Shown piece by piece: positions 44,672-54,731 of a DNA stretch of 64,000 nucleotides. Below the pieces are notes generated by a model. That model had not been told where the DNA came from. It saw only the letters and a list, made by a program, of their open reading frames with translations, and ran no database searches. The stretch is from an uncultured candidate division Zixibacteria bacterium (GTDB taxonomy: Bacteria > Zixibacteria > MSB-5A5 > RBG-16-43-9): assembly GCA_963713865.1 (NCBI GenBank), contig OY970208.1:1280001-1344000 (forward strand), in the 5' to 3' direction. Positions within the stretch are counted from its first letter, which is position 1; each line of letters starts with the position of its first letter. Position numbers and translations under genes: made by a program.

Positions 44672-45286
44672 ATGAAGTACTTATCACTCTTAGGGTTAGC
44701 ATTAGTGCTAGTATTCGCTTTGGCTACTTCAGGATTAGCAGTGCCGATGACACTTTTCTTCGATAACAACGATCTGGACTTAGGCACTAACAGCCAGATA
44801 AATGTAACCAACCAATATCAGTCTCTCTACGGGGTTTGGTTCCAGGAGTGTTACCGCGCTATAGACTCACGCGATCCGTGGGTTGATCCATATCCTTTCG
44901 ATGGAGCAAACTTCTCTATCTTCAACGGAACTCTTCAGCAGAACTATATTGTGGGTGTCGAAGGGAGGATCAATTTTGACTATGCCACCCCTTATGTCGG
45001 TTTTGACTGGTGGACTATTAGTAGCAACCAATTGACTATCACAGCCTATAACTCTCTTGGTATTTCCCAGGGCAGCTTCTTCGGATTGGGTGGTACTGGG
45101 GACGTAGCCTCTGGTTCCGCAATTTTCAATGGTGATATATCTTACCTGAAATTCCACGATAGCGGAGGATTCGTCTCGCTATCCACTCTGCGCTATGAGA
45201 CACCTATTCCCGAGCCGGGTACTTTACTGCTTTTAGGCACGGGTTTGTTGGGCATTGGTGCTTTCAGGTTTAGAAGGAGAAAGTAA
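44672..45286 (+). CDS. PEP-CTERM sorting-domain surface protein
   Basis: Signal peptide; C-terminal IPEPGTLLLLGTGLLGIGAFRFRRRK. Confidence 0.93.
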   Translation: MKYLSLLGLALVLVFALATSGLAVPMTLFFDNNDLDLGTNSQINVTNQYQSLYGVWFQECYRAIDSRDPWVDPYPFDGANFSIFNGTLQQNYIVGVEGRINFDYATPYVGFDWWTISSNQLTITAYNSLGISQGSFFGLGGTGDVASGSAIFNGDISYLKFHDSGGFVSLSTLRYETPIPEPGTLLLLGTGLLGIGAFRFRRRK

Positions 45287-45309
45287 AAAAGAAAAATTAA
45301 TATTCTGAA

Positions 45310-45346
45310 ATGCCCGGTTCGCTTGAGGTGGACCGGGCGTTTTTTT
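45310..45346 (+). terminator. Intrinsic terminator
   Basis: gcccggttc...ggaccgggc followed by a T-run. Confidence 0.75.
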
Positions 45347-45699
45347 ATTTTGGTTTTATCGGAGTGTCCGATCCCGCTATAGCGCGATGTCAGATTTTTT
45401 TGTTTCGTAGCGCAACCTTAAGGGTGCTTAAGCTTAATATAATACCCGCTTCTACCTGGGTTACACGCTTATCAATCGTTGGGTGAATTACATTTATCCA
45501 TTTTATTTCCTCCGGTTTCATTCTGATAATGTCCTTTCCTGCCATAATATCCTCCTCTACGAGGAGCTAAGCCTCCGTAGGACCGTAAGAGATTTATCGG
45601 CTTTAATAAAAGAGATTATGGTAATCTTAAAATGGGACATTTCTACTTTGCTAAAACAGGATATTATTATATGGCGATGACAGTATTTTCTCTAAAATA

Positions 45700-45728
45700 A
45701 AAAGGGGCATCCATAAGGATGCCCCTTT
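45700..45728 (-). terminator. Intrinsic terminator of the C1 peptidase gene
   Basis: aaaggggcatcc-ataa-ggatgccccttt. Confidence 0.7.
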
Positions 45729-45746
45729 GACAATATCTTTCTTAAT

Positions 45747-47738
45747 TTAGCATCCCGGCTCAGGTCCACCTTTAAATAGATAATTTATCAGGTAGATCAC
45801 ATCTGAGACAGTAACCTTGCTGTCGCAGTTAGCATCTCCAGACTCAACCGGAACAGGCTCTACACCGCCTTTAAACAGATAATTAATTAGATATATTACA
45901 TCCGATACACTCAATTTTTCGTCGTTATTCGCATCACCAACAATATAATCTCCATGTATCCCCACAATGGTAAAATCATCAATATTCCAACCGCCTAAGT
46001 GGAGATATTCGTCAGAATCGAGTTCAAAACGAATCTGAACCGAAGGATTTTTATCCGCATAAGCCGAGATATCTATATCCTGATATTCCCACTGGTAATC
46101 CATCTGGTCAAAATTATAGTCATTTTCCCAGACCTGATTTCCATTCACAAATATTTTGGCATGGTCCCAGATTCCCTTTTCACAGGATAGCCAGCGGTAA
46201 TATAGCAAGCGAGTCTTCTCTAGGTTGACACAATTAATCATCGGAGAATTAAGATAATTGTCAGCAGTATCCACATAACTTCCGTTTAGATTATTACCCC
46301 AGATATTAGCTCCAGAATGAGCCGTTTCCGGATCAGGTAACCCTGCTCCTCCAGGAACTCCTCTTTGCCAATCGCTTCTATTCTCGAAAAATCCCGTTGT
46401 CCAGCCGCGGTCTATCTCCATATCGTCGAAAAAGACCGTATCAAACTCACCAATGAAATCAAATAAGCTGTCACTGAAACTACCCTGATCGCAGGCTATA
46501 TTCAGACTAAAATTCACCCTGGTTCCAGCCTCAACTGAAGGGTCAATAGCCAAGGTGAAATGAGGAGAATCAGTGTTTTTTATCTGATTAGATGGTATAT
46601 CCGGAAAAGTTGCTGTGGCGTCAGTTATAGTGATTCCAGGAGTAGATGTGGACAGAGTGGCACTAACCGAGGTAGCTGTTTGTGGACCGCTGTTCTTTAA
46701 ATTAACCGAAAGCGAAATGGTCTCACCTGGTTCTGGTATTTCATCTCCATCCCCTGTTACTTCTGAAACCTGATGGTTTTCATAAGTCAGCGTAACCGGG
46801 TCAGGAGGGTAAAGGGGTAGAACCGTGTTATCACCTATGCCGCAATTCCCCCACTTAATGTAAAAATAACCTCCTAATCCACCCCAGGTAGAACCCCAGC
46901 TATTTTTACATATCCAGGCACCCTGACCGGTCCCGCAAGAATTATCATCCCACCCCACGATGACTATGGCATGTCCACCCCGATAGTAACCTGAGGTATG
47001 CTGATAACATCCAGTAGAATAATCGCTGAAATCTGAATAAACATCAAAAGTGCTATAAACTGGACCGGTTAGTAATGCTTGTTTAATTGAATTGATATCG
47101 TTGTTCACATATTGCCACCCTTTTAGCTTTGCTACAACCGGGTATAGCTCTTGGGTGCAGGATACATTATCATCTGCCTGATAGGGCATAGAGGATTCCA
47201 GTATCGCCCCGTATCTTTGAAAAAGCTCATATGCTGTTTCAGCCCAGGCACCACCACATCCTTCGTCAGTATAAATATTGCAGGATAAGACCTGCTGTTC
47301 AGAAAGGTCATACTCTATATGGTCATACTTCTTGACAGCAGCTTCAAAAGCGCCGGTAGCACCAAAATCCCAGCAGCTTCCACAATTTCCCTGGTTTTTA
47401 ACCGGGGTCATAATACTTGAATCTCTCCAGTCAAAACGGGATGGGAAATCCGCTCCTGGTTTTGCCCTGAGCTTGGGCTGTTTTTCCAGCCACTCCTTAT
47501 AGCCTCTTGGTGGCTTATAACCCAAAAGATGGTCAAACTCTTCATCTGAAAGCTCAGAGGTCCAGCTTCTGCCCGCGGTCCAATTATACCCCTTTTCATC
47601 AATCAATTTCTGAAGCTGTTCTATCTTCAGGTCTATTGAATCAACTGATGTTCCTACCTGAGCCAGAACTATACTCTGCCCTCCTGCAAGAAAAATCACC
47701 CCTAAAACCAGCACGAAAACTTTAAATGATTTAAACAC
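45747..47738 (-). CDS. Secreted papain-family (C1A) cysteine protease with accessory beta domains and dockerin-like tail
   Basis: QGNCGSCW, GHAIVIVGW and KNSWG catalytic motifs; dockerin repeats. Confidence 0.92.
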   Translation of the reverse strand: MFKSFKVFVLVLGVIFLAGGQSIVLAQVGTSVDSIDLKIEQLQKLIDEKGYNWTAGRSWTSELSDEEFDHLLGYKPPRGYKEWLEKQPKLRAKPGADFPSRFDWRDSSIMTPVKNQGNCGSCWDFGATGAFEAAVKKYDHIEYDLSEQQVLSCNIYTDEGCGGAWAETAYELFQRYGAILESSMPYQADDNVSCTQELYPVVAKLKGWQYVNNDINSIKQALLTGPVYSTFDVYSDFSDYSTGCYQHTSGYYRGGHAIVIVGWDDNSCGTGQGAWICKNSWGSTWGGLGGYFYIKWGNCGIGDNTVLPLYPPDPVTLTYENHQVSEVTGDGDEIPEPGETISLSVNLKNSGPQTATSVSATLSTSTPGITITDATATFPDIPSNQIKNTDSPHFTLAIDPSVEAGTRVNFSLNIACDQGSFSDSLFDFIGEFDTVFFDDMEIDRGWTTGFFENRSDWQRGVPGGAGLPDPETAHSGANIWGNNLNGSYVDTADNYLNSPMINCVNLEKTRLLYYRWLSCEKGIWDHAKIFVNGNQVWENDYNFDQMDYQWEYQDIDISAYADKNPSVQIRFELDSDEYLHLGGWNIDDFTIVGIHGDYIVGDANNDEKLSVSDVIYLINYLFKGGVEPVPVESGDANCDSKVTVSDVIYLINYLFKGGPEPGC

Positions 47739-48347
47739 AGAAGTCCTCCTTTAGTTTCTCTGGTTCAAAAAAAGAGGCTTTATAGCCATTTATTAATATA
47801 ATAACACTTTTTCAAAATCTGTCAACACCTATTTTTAACATAAATTGGGGTTCGACGAATTGAGCCCCTGCATCAAAATTCACAGGGGCTTGATTTATCA
47901 AGCCACCTGTTGGAGTGCATTAACCGGGTCGATGCTTAATCCCACCTTGTGGGCAAGGTGGGATTACCGATTGAATAGGAGCAAGTCATGTCCAGAATGA
48001 ATTCATCAGAAGCCACCCTTACTATGTGCAAATAAACAATCAAAGCAGTCACGGGGATCTGCCCCTATGTATAGATGTAAGTTTATAGAAAAATTTTGAA
48101 ACATAAAAGTAAAGAAAAGTCGTATTAAAAAATTAAGATAAATTTGTTTTAAAAAAAAGATTACTAACGGTATTGACAAACGGAAAGTTTTGGTTAAATT
48201 GTGAAGTATGTGTTTTAGAAGGAAATATTCTTAAGTTGTTGATTCAATTCTGCACTTAAAGGGAAAACCTTGATAGATTTCCGCTACATTAAGAATGGTC
48301 TATTCCAATTTGAAAACTTTTCACCTATTTAAAGGAGGTATGGTTTT

Positions 48348-49862
48348 ATGTTTAAAAAGAGGCGTTTTATCACAGGTTTATTTTTTCTACTTCTTCTTTT
48401 TTCTTTGTCCTTTGGCCAAAAGGAAAAACCTCTGGACTCTTTTAAGGCTATAGAAAGCAATATAACGGAGCATACCCTTTCCAACGGACTTAAACTTATA
48501 ATCTTAGAAAGGCATGAGGTGCCGGTTATCTCCTTTTGTACTTATGCCAACGTTGGCTCCAACAATGATGTTACCGGCATAACCGGCATATCCCACATTT
48601 TTGAACATATGGCTTTTAAAGGTAGTAAAACTATTGGCACTAAAGACTATCAAAAAGAGAAAATTGCCATGGCAAAAGAAGATAGCCTTTTTGAAGAGAT
48701 TTTAGAAGAAAGGGATAAAGGGGACAGGGCAGACCAGGAAAGGCTTAAAAAATTGGAGGAGGTATTCACCAATGCTCAGGAAGAGGCAGGAAAGTATGTA
48801 ATAAGTAACCAATTCGATGTAATTGCAGAGGAGGAGGGAGCAGTAGGGACAAACGCTTTTACCAGCGATGACCAGACCTGTTATATTTACAGTTTCCCCT
48901 CGAATAAGCTGGAACTCTGGATGTTGTTAGAATCAGATAGATTTGCCAATCCGGTTTTGAGAGAATTTTATAAAGAGAAAGATGTGATAATGGAAGAGCG
49001 AAGACGGGGGATAGAGAGTAACCCGTTCGGAAAATTATTTGAGGAGTTTACAGCGGCTGCCTTCAAGGCTCATCCTTACCATCACGAAGTTATAGGACAT
49101 ATGTCAGACATACAATCGATATCACGTCACCAGGCTATGGAGTATTACAGAAAATATTATATCCCGAACAATCTCACCATAGGCATTGTAGGGGACGTGA
49201 AACCGCAGGAAGCTATCGCCTTAGCGGAGAAATATTTTGGGGATATTCCTAAAGGGGAATACCCCATACCGGTTAGGACTATAGAACCGGAGCAGTTAGG
49301 TGAGAAAAGGATAGAGGTGGAGGATAAATCCCAGCCGATTTTACTCATCGGTTATCACCGTCCAAACGCAACCCATCCGGACGATCCGGTCTTTAGCGCA
49401 ATTGCTGACTATCTGGGTGGAGGAAGGACTTCACGCCTTTATAAAATTCTGGTTAAAGAGAAGAAAATAGCGGTTCAGGTTGGAGGAATCCCCTCCTACC
49501 CCGGAGAAAAATATCCAAGCCTGGTTGGTTTCTATGCGGTGCCAGCTAAGGACCATACCAATAATGAATGCGAGGACATAATCTACCAGGAAATTGAAAA
49601 AATTAAAACCGATACCATTTTAACTGAGGATTTGAATGCTATTAAAACGCGTGCTAAAGCTGATTTCATAAGGCAGCTAAAATCGAATATGGGGATGGCG
49701 ATTCAGCTTGCTTCTTATCAGGTTATCTCCGGTGACTGGAGAGAGCTATTTAAACAACTGGATCGGATTAATCAGATAACTACCGCAGATATTAAAAGGG
49801 TGGCGAACCAATATCTAAAGAAATCTAACCGGACTGTGGGTGAACTGGTTACAATAAAATGA
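48348..49862 (+). CDS. M16 (pitrilysin-family) zinc peptidase, catalytic subunit
   Basis: HIFEH (HxxEH), NAFTSDD, signal peptide. Confidence 0.9.
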   Translation: MFKKRRFITGLFFLLLLFSLSFGQKEKPLDSFKAIESNITEHTLSNGLKLIILERHEVPVISFCTYANVGSNNDVTGITGISHIFEHMAFKGSKTIGTKDYQKEKIAMAKEDSLFEEILEERDKGDRADQERLKKLEEVFTNAQEEAGKYVISNQFDVIAEEEGAVGTNAFTSDDQTCYIYSFPSNKLELWMLLESDRFANPVLREFYKEKDVIMEERRRGIESNPFGKLFEEFTAAAFKAHPYHHEVIGHMSDIQSISRHQAMEYYRKYYIPNNLTIGIVGDVKPQEAIALAEKYFGDIPKGEYPIPVRTIEPEQLGEKRIEVEDKSQPILLIGYHRPNATHPDDPVFSAIADYLGGGRTSRLYKILVKEKKIAVQVGGIPSYPGEKYPSLVGFYAVPAKDHTNNECEDIIYQEIEKIKTDTILTEDLNAIKTRAKADFIRQLKSNMGMAIQLASYQVISGDWRELFKQLDRINQITTADIKRVANQYLKKSNRTVGELVTIK

Positions 49863-49938
49863 AATATGAAAAATGACGGATGACGAATGTCGAATGACTG
49901 ATTTAAAAAATAAAAATCCTAAAAGAAGGAGAAAAGCG

Positions 49939-52074
49939 ATGCTGAAAACCATCAAAAACTTTAAGTACCTTTTTCTGGTGATAATTCTGGTTTTGTTCCT
50001 CACCTCACCTCTGTGGGCGCAGAAAAGTTATAAGGACCTGAAATATCCTCCCATTGGTGAATTGAAAATTCCCGAGGTGAAAAGAGAAGTTCTTCCCAAC
50101 GGGATGATACTTTTTCTGGCAGAAGACCATCAGCTACCCGTAATTGGAGTTTCCGTTCTGGTTAGAACCGGCTCCATTTATGAACCCGCAGATAAGATTG
50201 GTCTTGCATCTATCACCGGTATGGTTATGCGAACTGGCGGTGCTGGGAAAAGGACTGGAGACCAGATCGACGAGGAGCTGGAAAGGTTAGGGGCAACAGT
50301 GGAGACCTGGATAGGTTTAACCGAAGGAGGTGCCTCGATATCGGTTCTCAAGGAAGATATTGACAAAGGTCTTTCTATTTTAGCTGACATTTTGATGGAT
50401 CCTAAATTTGACCAGGATAAAATCGATCTGGCAAAAATCCAGCACAAAAGCGGGATTGCCCGGAGAAATGATGAAGTAAGCAATATTGCGGATCGAGAAT
50501 TCGATAAACTGATTTATGGAGCCCAGAGCCCCTATGCCCGGACCACTGAATATTATACCATCGACAATATAAAACAAGAGGATTTGGTTGCATTCCACCA
50601 TAAATATTTTCATCCCAATTCGGTGATCTTAGGGGTGTGGGGGGATTTCAAAACTGGCGAGTTGGTTCAGAAGATAAAAAAAGCTTTTGCTAACTGGAAA
50701 CCGGCAAAGGCTGAAGGGATAGAATTTCCCAGGGTTGACTATAAGTATCATCCCTCAGTCAACCTGGTAAAAAAGGATGATGTGAACCAGTCTAATATCT
50801 ATCTGGGACACATCGGCGGCACTATGGATGATCCGGATTATTATGCTTTAACAGTGATGAACTACATTTTTGGCAGAAGTTTTACCTCCCGTCTGGTGAG
50901 AAAGGTTCGTACAGAGGAAGGGCTGGCTTATCAAATCAGCGGATCTTACAATACAAGTTTTGGTTTTCCCGGGACCTTCACCATTTTGTGTCAGACCAAA
51001 TCCCAATCCACAGTTGAAGCCATCAAATATATGATTGAGGAGACTAAAAAGCTCACTCAAGAAGAGGTAACAGATGACGAATTGAAACAAGCCAAAGAAA
51101 ATTATCTTAATTCATTTGTCTTCAGGTTTGACACCAAGGATAAGGTGGTCAATCGTCTGATGACTTATGAGTATTATGGATTCCCCCTGGATTTTCTGCA
51201 GAAGACCAAAGCTCTAATTGAAAAGGTAACTAAAGCAGACGTGTTAAGAGCAGCAAAGAATCATCTCCATCCGAACGACATGGAAATTCTGGCAGTAGGT
51301 AAGAGTCAGGATTTTGATCAGCCCCTTTCAGTTCTGGGTGAAGTAAATACTGTAGATATCACTATACCTGAGGCTTCACCTTTAGCCAAGGAAAAGGCGC
51401 CTGAAGCAACTGAAGCCTCTTTAGCTAAAGGAAAAGAGGTTTTTGAAAAAGTGGTTAGTGCTTGTGGTGGGAGGAAAACTTTTACCACCATAAAAAGCGC
51501 CGTGTTAAAAAATGAAACCAGCATTTCCACACCGCAGGGTGAATTTCAGCTTTCAGTTGTTTCCACTCACATTTTCCCGGATAAGTTAAGGCAGGATATA
51601 ACTATGCCTTTTGGGACTCAAAGCTTGGTCTTTGATGGAGAAAAAGGATGGGTATCCGCTCCACAGGGAACCCAGGACCTGCCTGAATCTCAGATAAAAG
51701 AAACCAAAGCTGACCTTTTCCGTTCTTTTATCAACCTTTTTCAAGCTAAAGATTTAAAAGTTCAATTCCTAGGAGCAGAAGAATATGAAGGAAAGAAATT
51801 AGATGTCATTTTGATCTCAGATCTTTCTGGAAATGAATTAAAGATGTGTGTAGATCAAACGACTTATCTTCCGGTAAAGCAGTCTTATCGCGGTAACGGG
51901 ATGACGGGCCCTGCAACTATGGAGGAGATCTTATCAGATTTTCGGGATGTCTCAGGAGTTAAGCTTCCTTTTCACCAGCTCACCAATGCTGATGGCCAGA
52001 AATTTGCCGAGAGCAAAGTCTTAGAGGTGAATATCAATCCAGAAGTAGATCCAAATCTGTTTATCAAGAAATAA
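49939..52074 (+). CDS. M16 partner subunit (no HxxEH) with an extra C-terminal LolA-like domain
   Basis: LPNGM and SRL..KVRTEEGLAY motifs; C-terminal SDFRDVSGVKLP; start moved past a repeat-derived extension. Confidence 0.8.
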   Translation: MLKTIKNFKYLFLVIILVLFLTSPLWAQKSYKDLKYPPIGELKIPEVKREVLPNGMILFLAEDHQLPVIGVSVLVRTGSIYEPADKIGLASITGMVMRTGGAGKRTGDQIDEELERLGATVETWIGLTEGGASISVLKEDIDKGLSILADILMDPKFDQDKIDLAKIQHKSGIARRNDEVSNIADREFDKLIYGAQSPYARTTEYYTIDNIKQEDLVAFHHKYFHPNSVILGVWGDFKTGELVQKIKKAFANWKPAKAEGIEFPRVDYKYHPSVNLVKKDDVNQSNIYLGHIGGTMDDPDYYALTVMNYIFGRSFTSRLVRKVRTEEGLAYQISGSYNTSFGFPGTFTILCQTKSQSTVEAIKYMIEETKKLTQEEVTDDELKQAKENYLNSFVFRFDTKDKVVNRLMTYEYYGFPLDFLQKTKALIEKVTKADVLRAAKNHLHPNDMEILAVGKSQDFDQPLSVLGEVNTVDITIPEASPLAKEKAPEATEASLAKGKEVFEKVVSACGGRKTFTTIKSAVLKNETSISTPQGEFQLSVVSTHIFPDKLRQDITMPFGTQSLVFDGEKGWVSAPQGTQDLPESQIKETKADLFRSFINLFQAKDLKVQFLGAEEYEGKKLDVILISDLSGNELKMCVDQTTYLPVKQSYRGNGMTGPATMEEILSDFRDVSGVKLPFHQLTNADGQKFAESKVLEVNINPEVDPNLFIKK

Positions 52075-52176
52075 TTTTACGGATTAAGTATTCGGTATTT
52101 AATGGTGTAACTGTAAGCAATATATTTATTGTAGGGACAGAACAGTGTTCTGTCCCTATATTATTCGGAGGTATGC

Positions 52177-52689
52177 ATGAACGTTTTTGAAGCGATTAAA
52201 TGCAGAAGGAGTATTCGCAGTTTTTCAGATAAGCCGATCGAAGAGGAAAAACTATTAAGAGTTCTGGAAGCGGGAAGGTTAGCCCCTTCAGCCAAGAATC
52301 TGCAAGAATGGAAGTTCTTGATTGTGAAGGATAAGGAATTAAAAAAGAAGCTGGTTGTTGCAGCAAATAACCAGCATTTCCTGGCAGAAGCACCAGTGAT
52401 TATTGTGGGATGTGCGACTCTGGTTAATTATGTAATGTCCTGCGGCCAGTATGCTTATCCTATCGATCTGACTATTGCAATGGACCATATGAGTCTCCAG
52501 GCAGTGGAAGAGGGTTTAGGTACCTGCTGGATCGGTTCTTTTAAAGAGGATGAGGTTAAAAATATTCTCCATATTCCTGAGAATATCCGCATAGTTGAGC
52601 TTCTCCCCTTAGGGTATCCCAAGACTATCCCTTCTGCACGCACCAGAAAAAAGTTAGAGGAGATCGTCTGTTACGATAGCTGGAGTTGA
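52177..52689 (+). CDS. Nitroreductase family protein
   Basis: RRSIRSF, APSAKNLQ, GLGTCWIG. Confidence 0.92.
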   Translation: MNVFEAIKCRRSIRSFSDKPIEEEKLLRVLEAGRLAPSAKNLQEWKFLIVKDKELKKKLVVAANNQHFLAEAPVIIVGCATLVNYVMSCGQYAYPIDLTIAMDHMSLQAVEEGLGTCWIGSFKEDEVKNILHIPENIRIVELLPLGYPKTIPSARTRKKLEEIVCYDSWS

Positions 52690-52928
52690 AGATACTTATC
52701 AACATTGCTTGAGTAGGGATTGTTCCCTGACCATAAAATAGCTTTTCGGATGAGAGTTCAACTCCTATCCGAGCATATTTTGATAAATGGAATTAATGCA
52801 CAAAAAAGTATACTCCTTAAACAATTTTTGTGCAGATAGATTGTTTTAGAATTTTTATTTTGAAGTCAATCCATTATTATCTTCTTATAAAAAAGACACT
52901 TACAAAATATAATCTGATTTATTTATTC

Positions 52929-52944
52929 GGGCATAAGGTTTGCG
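52929..52944 (+). promoter_or_regulatory. Possible sigma54 promoter
   Basis: gGGcataaggtttGCg (GG-N10-GC); upstream inverted repeat tgcacaaaaa/tttttgtgca at 52797-52834. Confidence 0.4.
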
Positions 52945-53154
52945 TTTTTATCATTGATACTATTGTGTTTTTGTCATTCTGAGGGAGTTCCCTGCGGGAA
53001 CTACCGAAGAATCTGTCTTAAATTCAAATTAAACAGATTTTTCGTCCTCTTTTAGCGGACTCAAAATGATATAACTGCTCACAGATTTTAATTGACTTGA
53101 AAGCTCCTCTGAGTTAGTTTAAAAAGGTGAGTTAACGAAAAAATGGAGGAGAGA

Positions 53155-53949
53155 ATGAAAAAAATTGTTTTAACTACGGTTTTATCTGCGATCTTGTTTT
53201 GTAATTCAGCCTTTTCTCAAAAAGGGGAGCCAAACAAGGTAACACGGATAAAAGACTGGGGGAAGATTCAACCTCGAAAATTAATCGACTGTCCTACAGC
53301 CGGGCTTCTTCCCAGAGGCAGCTTTGATTTCGATATCAAAATCTACCCGGGTGGTGGGGTAATTAATACCATTGATATAGGTTTGATGAACAGGTTTATG
53401 TTAGGTATGTCCTATGGAGGGGGTAAGCTGATCAGCGAGGAGAAACCTGACTGGAATCCCAGGATTGAATTTGCAGCCAAGCTTAGATTGCTTAATGAAA
53501 GTTACTTAATGCCGGCTTTTGTCCTGGGTTACGATGGGCAGGGGATAGGGCTTTATAACGACTCCTTAGAAAGGTATCAATATAAATCCAAAGGTTTTTA
53601 TGGGGTCATAAGTAAGAATTATTTAGTATTCGATTACCCGGTGGGTTTCCATTTCGGCGCAAATTACAGTCTGGAGAATGAGGATAAAGATAAAAATATT
53701 AGCCTGTTTGTGGGTACGGATGTCAGGGTCAATGAAAGTGTAGGAGCGATCCTGGAATATGATCTGGGAACAAACGATGATAATGGAAAAGCTTTAGGTG
53801 AAGGGAAGGGGTATCTGAACTTGGGCCTTCAATGGATTTTTTCTGACCGTCTGTCTTTAGAGCTGGATTTTAGAAACATCTTTCAAAATACCGAGGATGT
53901 CTCTCAGATTGGCAGGGAATTGAGGATAATCTATGTAGAATTTTTCTAA
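53155..53949 (+). CDS. YjbH-like outer-membrane beta-barrel protein
   Basis: Signal peptide, LIDCPTAGLL motif, amphipathic strands, terminal Phe. Confidence 0.6.
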   Translation: MKKIVLTTVLSAILFCNSAFSQKGEPNKVTRIKDWGKIQPRKLIDCPTAGLLPRGSFDFDIKIYPGGGVINTIDIGLMNRFMLGMSYGGGKLISEEKPDWNPRIEFAAKLRLLNESYLMPAFVLGYDGQGIGLYNDSLERYQYKSKGFYGVISKNYLVFDYPVGFHFGANYSLENEDKDKNISLFVGTDVRVNESVGAILEYDLGTNDDNGKALGEGKGYLNLGLQWIFSDRLSLELDFRNIFQNTEDVSQIGRELRIIYVEFF

Positions 53950-54180
53950 AAAGTCTAAAGTCTACAGGCAATAGTCTAAAGGCTAACAGCGAATAGCTAA
54001 TAGCGAATGATGAACACATTTCTCACCGCAGATTATAGGAATTAAGCAGATTGAATAACAGAAAGCTTTGATTTTACGTATTAATTTAATAGATAAGTGA
54101 ATTGTTCTTTTAATCTTTTAGGTGTCATCTTGTGTCTAATAGTTGTCGATATGTTTTAGCAAAATTTGGAGGTGAGAAAA

Positions 54181-54708
54181 ATGCGAAATAGATGGGTACT
54201 TCTGGCAATGGTATTAACTATCACCGGGATTTTTGTGATAGGCTGTTATACCATTATGTCTCATCCCGGGGTTAAGGGAGAAGAGGAACAAACTTATTCG
54301 GGCAGTTATTACCGGGAACACTGCACTGACTGCCATCAGGATTATCATCAATATCCCTATGGATATTATTACGGTTACTATCCTGATTATTACTGGGATT
54401 ATCCTCGCTGGGGTCATTACTATGCTTATCCCTGGTGGTGGGACTGGTACTATTCGGGTGATAATGGTGGAGGTGGAGGAGAGGGTACTACGCCGCAGGA
54501 GAAAATAGAAAAGCAGAGAAGGAATTTAGAACCTCCTTATGTTCCAGGATCAAGTATTACTTCTCCAGTTGTAACTGGATCAAAATCCAGCCGGAGCGAA
54601 AACCCTGTTGGAACAATTGAGACTGGCAAGGTTAAAGAAGAACAGCCTCAGCAGAAAGAGGAGAAAAAAGAGCAGAAAGAGGAAAAAATACCTAAGAAGA
54701 AAAGATAA
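54181..54708 (+). CDS. Lipoprotein with a single CxxCH motif and a Tyr/Trp-rich segment
   Basis: Lipobox VIGC; CTDCH; low-complexity tail. Confidence 0.65.
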   Translation: MRNRWVLLAMVLTITGIFVIGCYTIMSHPGVKGEEEQTYSGSYYREHCTDCHQDYHQYPYGYYYGYYPDYYWDYPRWGHYYAYPWWWDWYYSGDNGGGGGEGTTPQEKIEKQRRNLEPPYVPGSSITSPVVTGSKSSRSENPVGTIETGKVKEEQPQQKEEKKEQKEEKIPKKKR

Positions 54709-54731
54709 AAAACTGGTTTGAGGAGAACCTT

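Noticed and set aside
49873-49938. N-terminal extension MTDDECRMTD... of the second M16 gene
   Set aside because: Translation of an atgacg(g/a) heptamer tract; a better RBS and signal peptide start at 49939.
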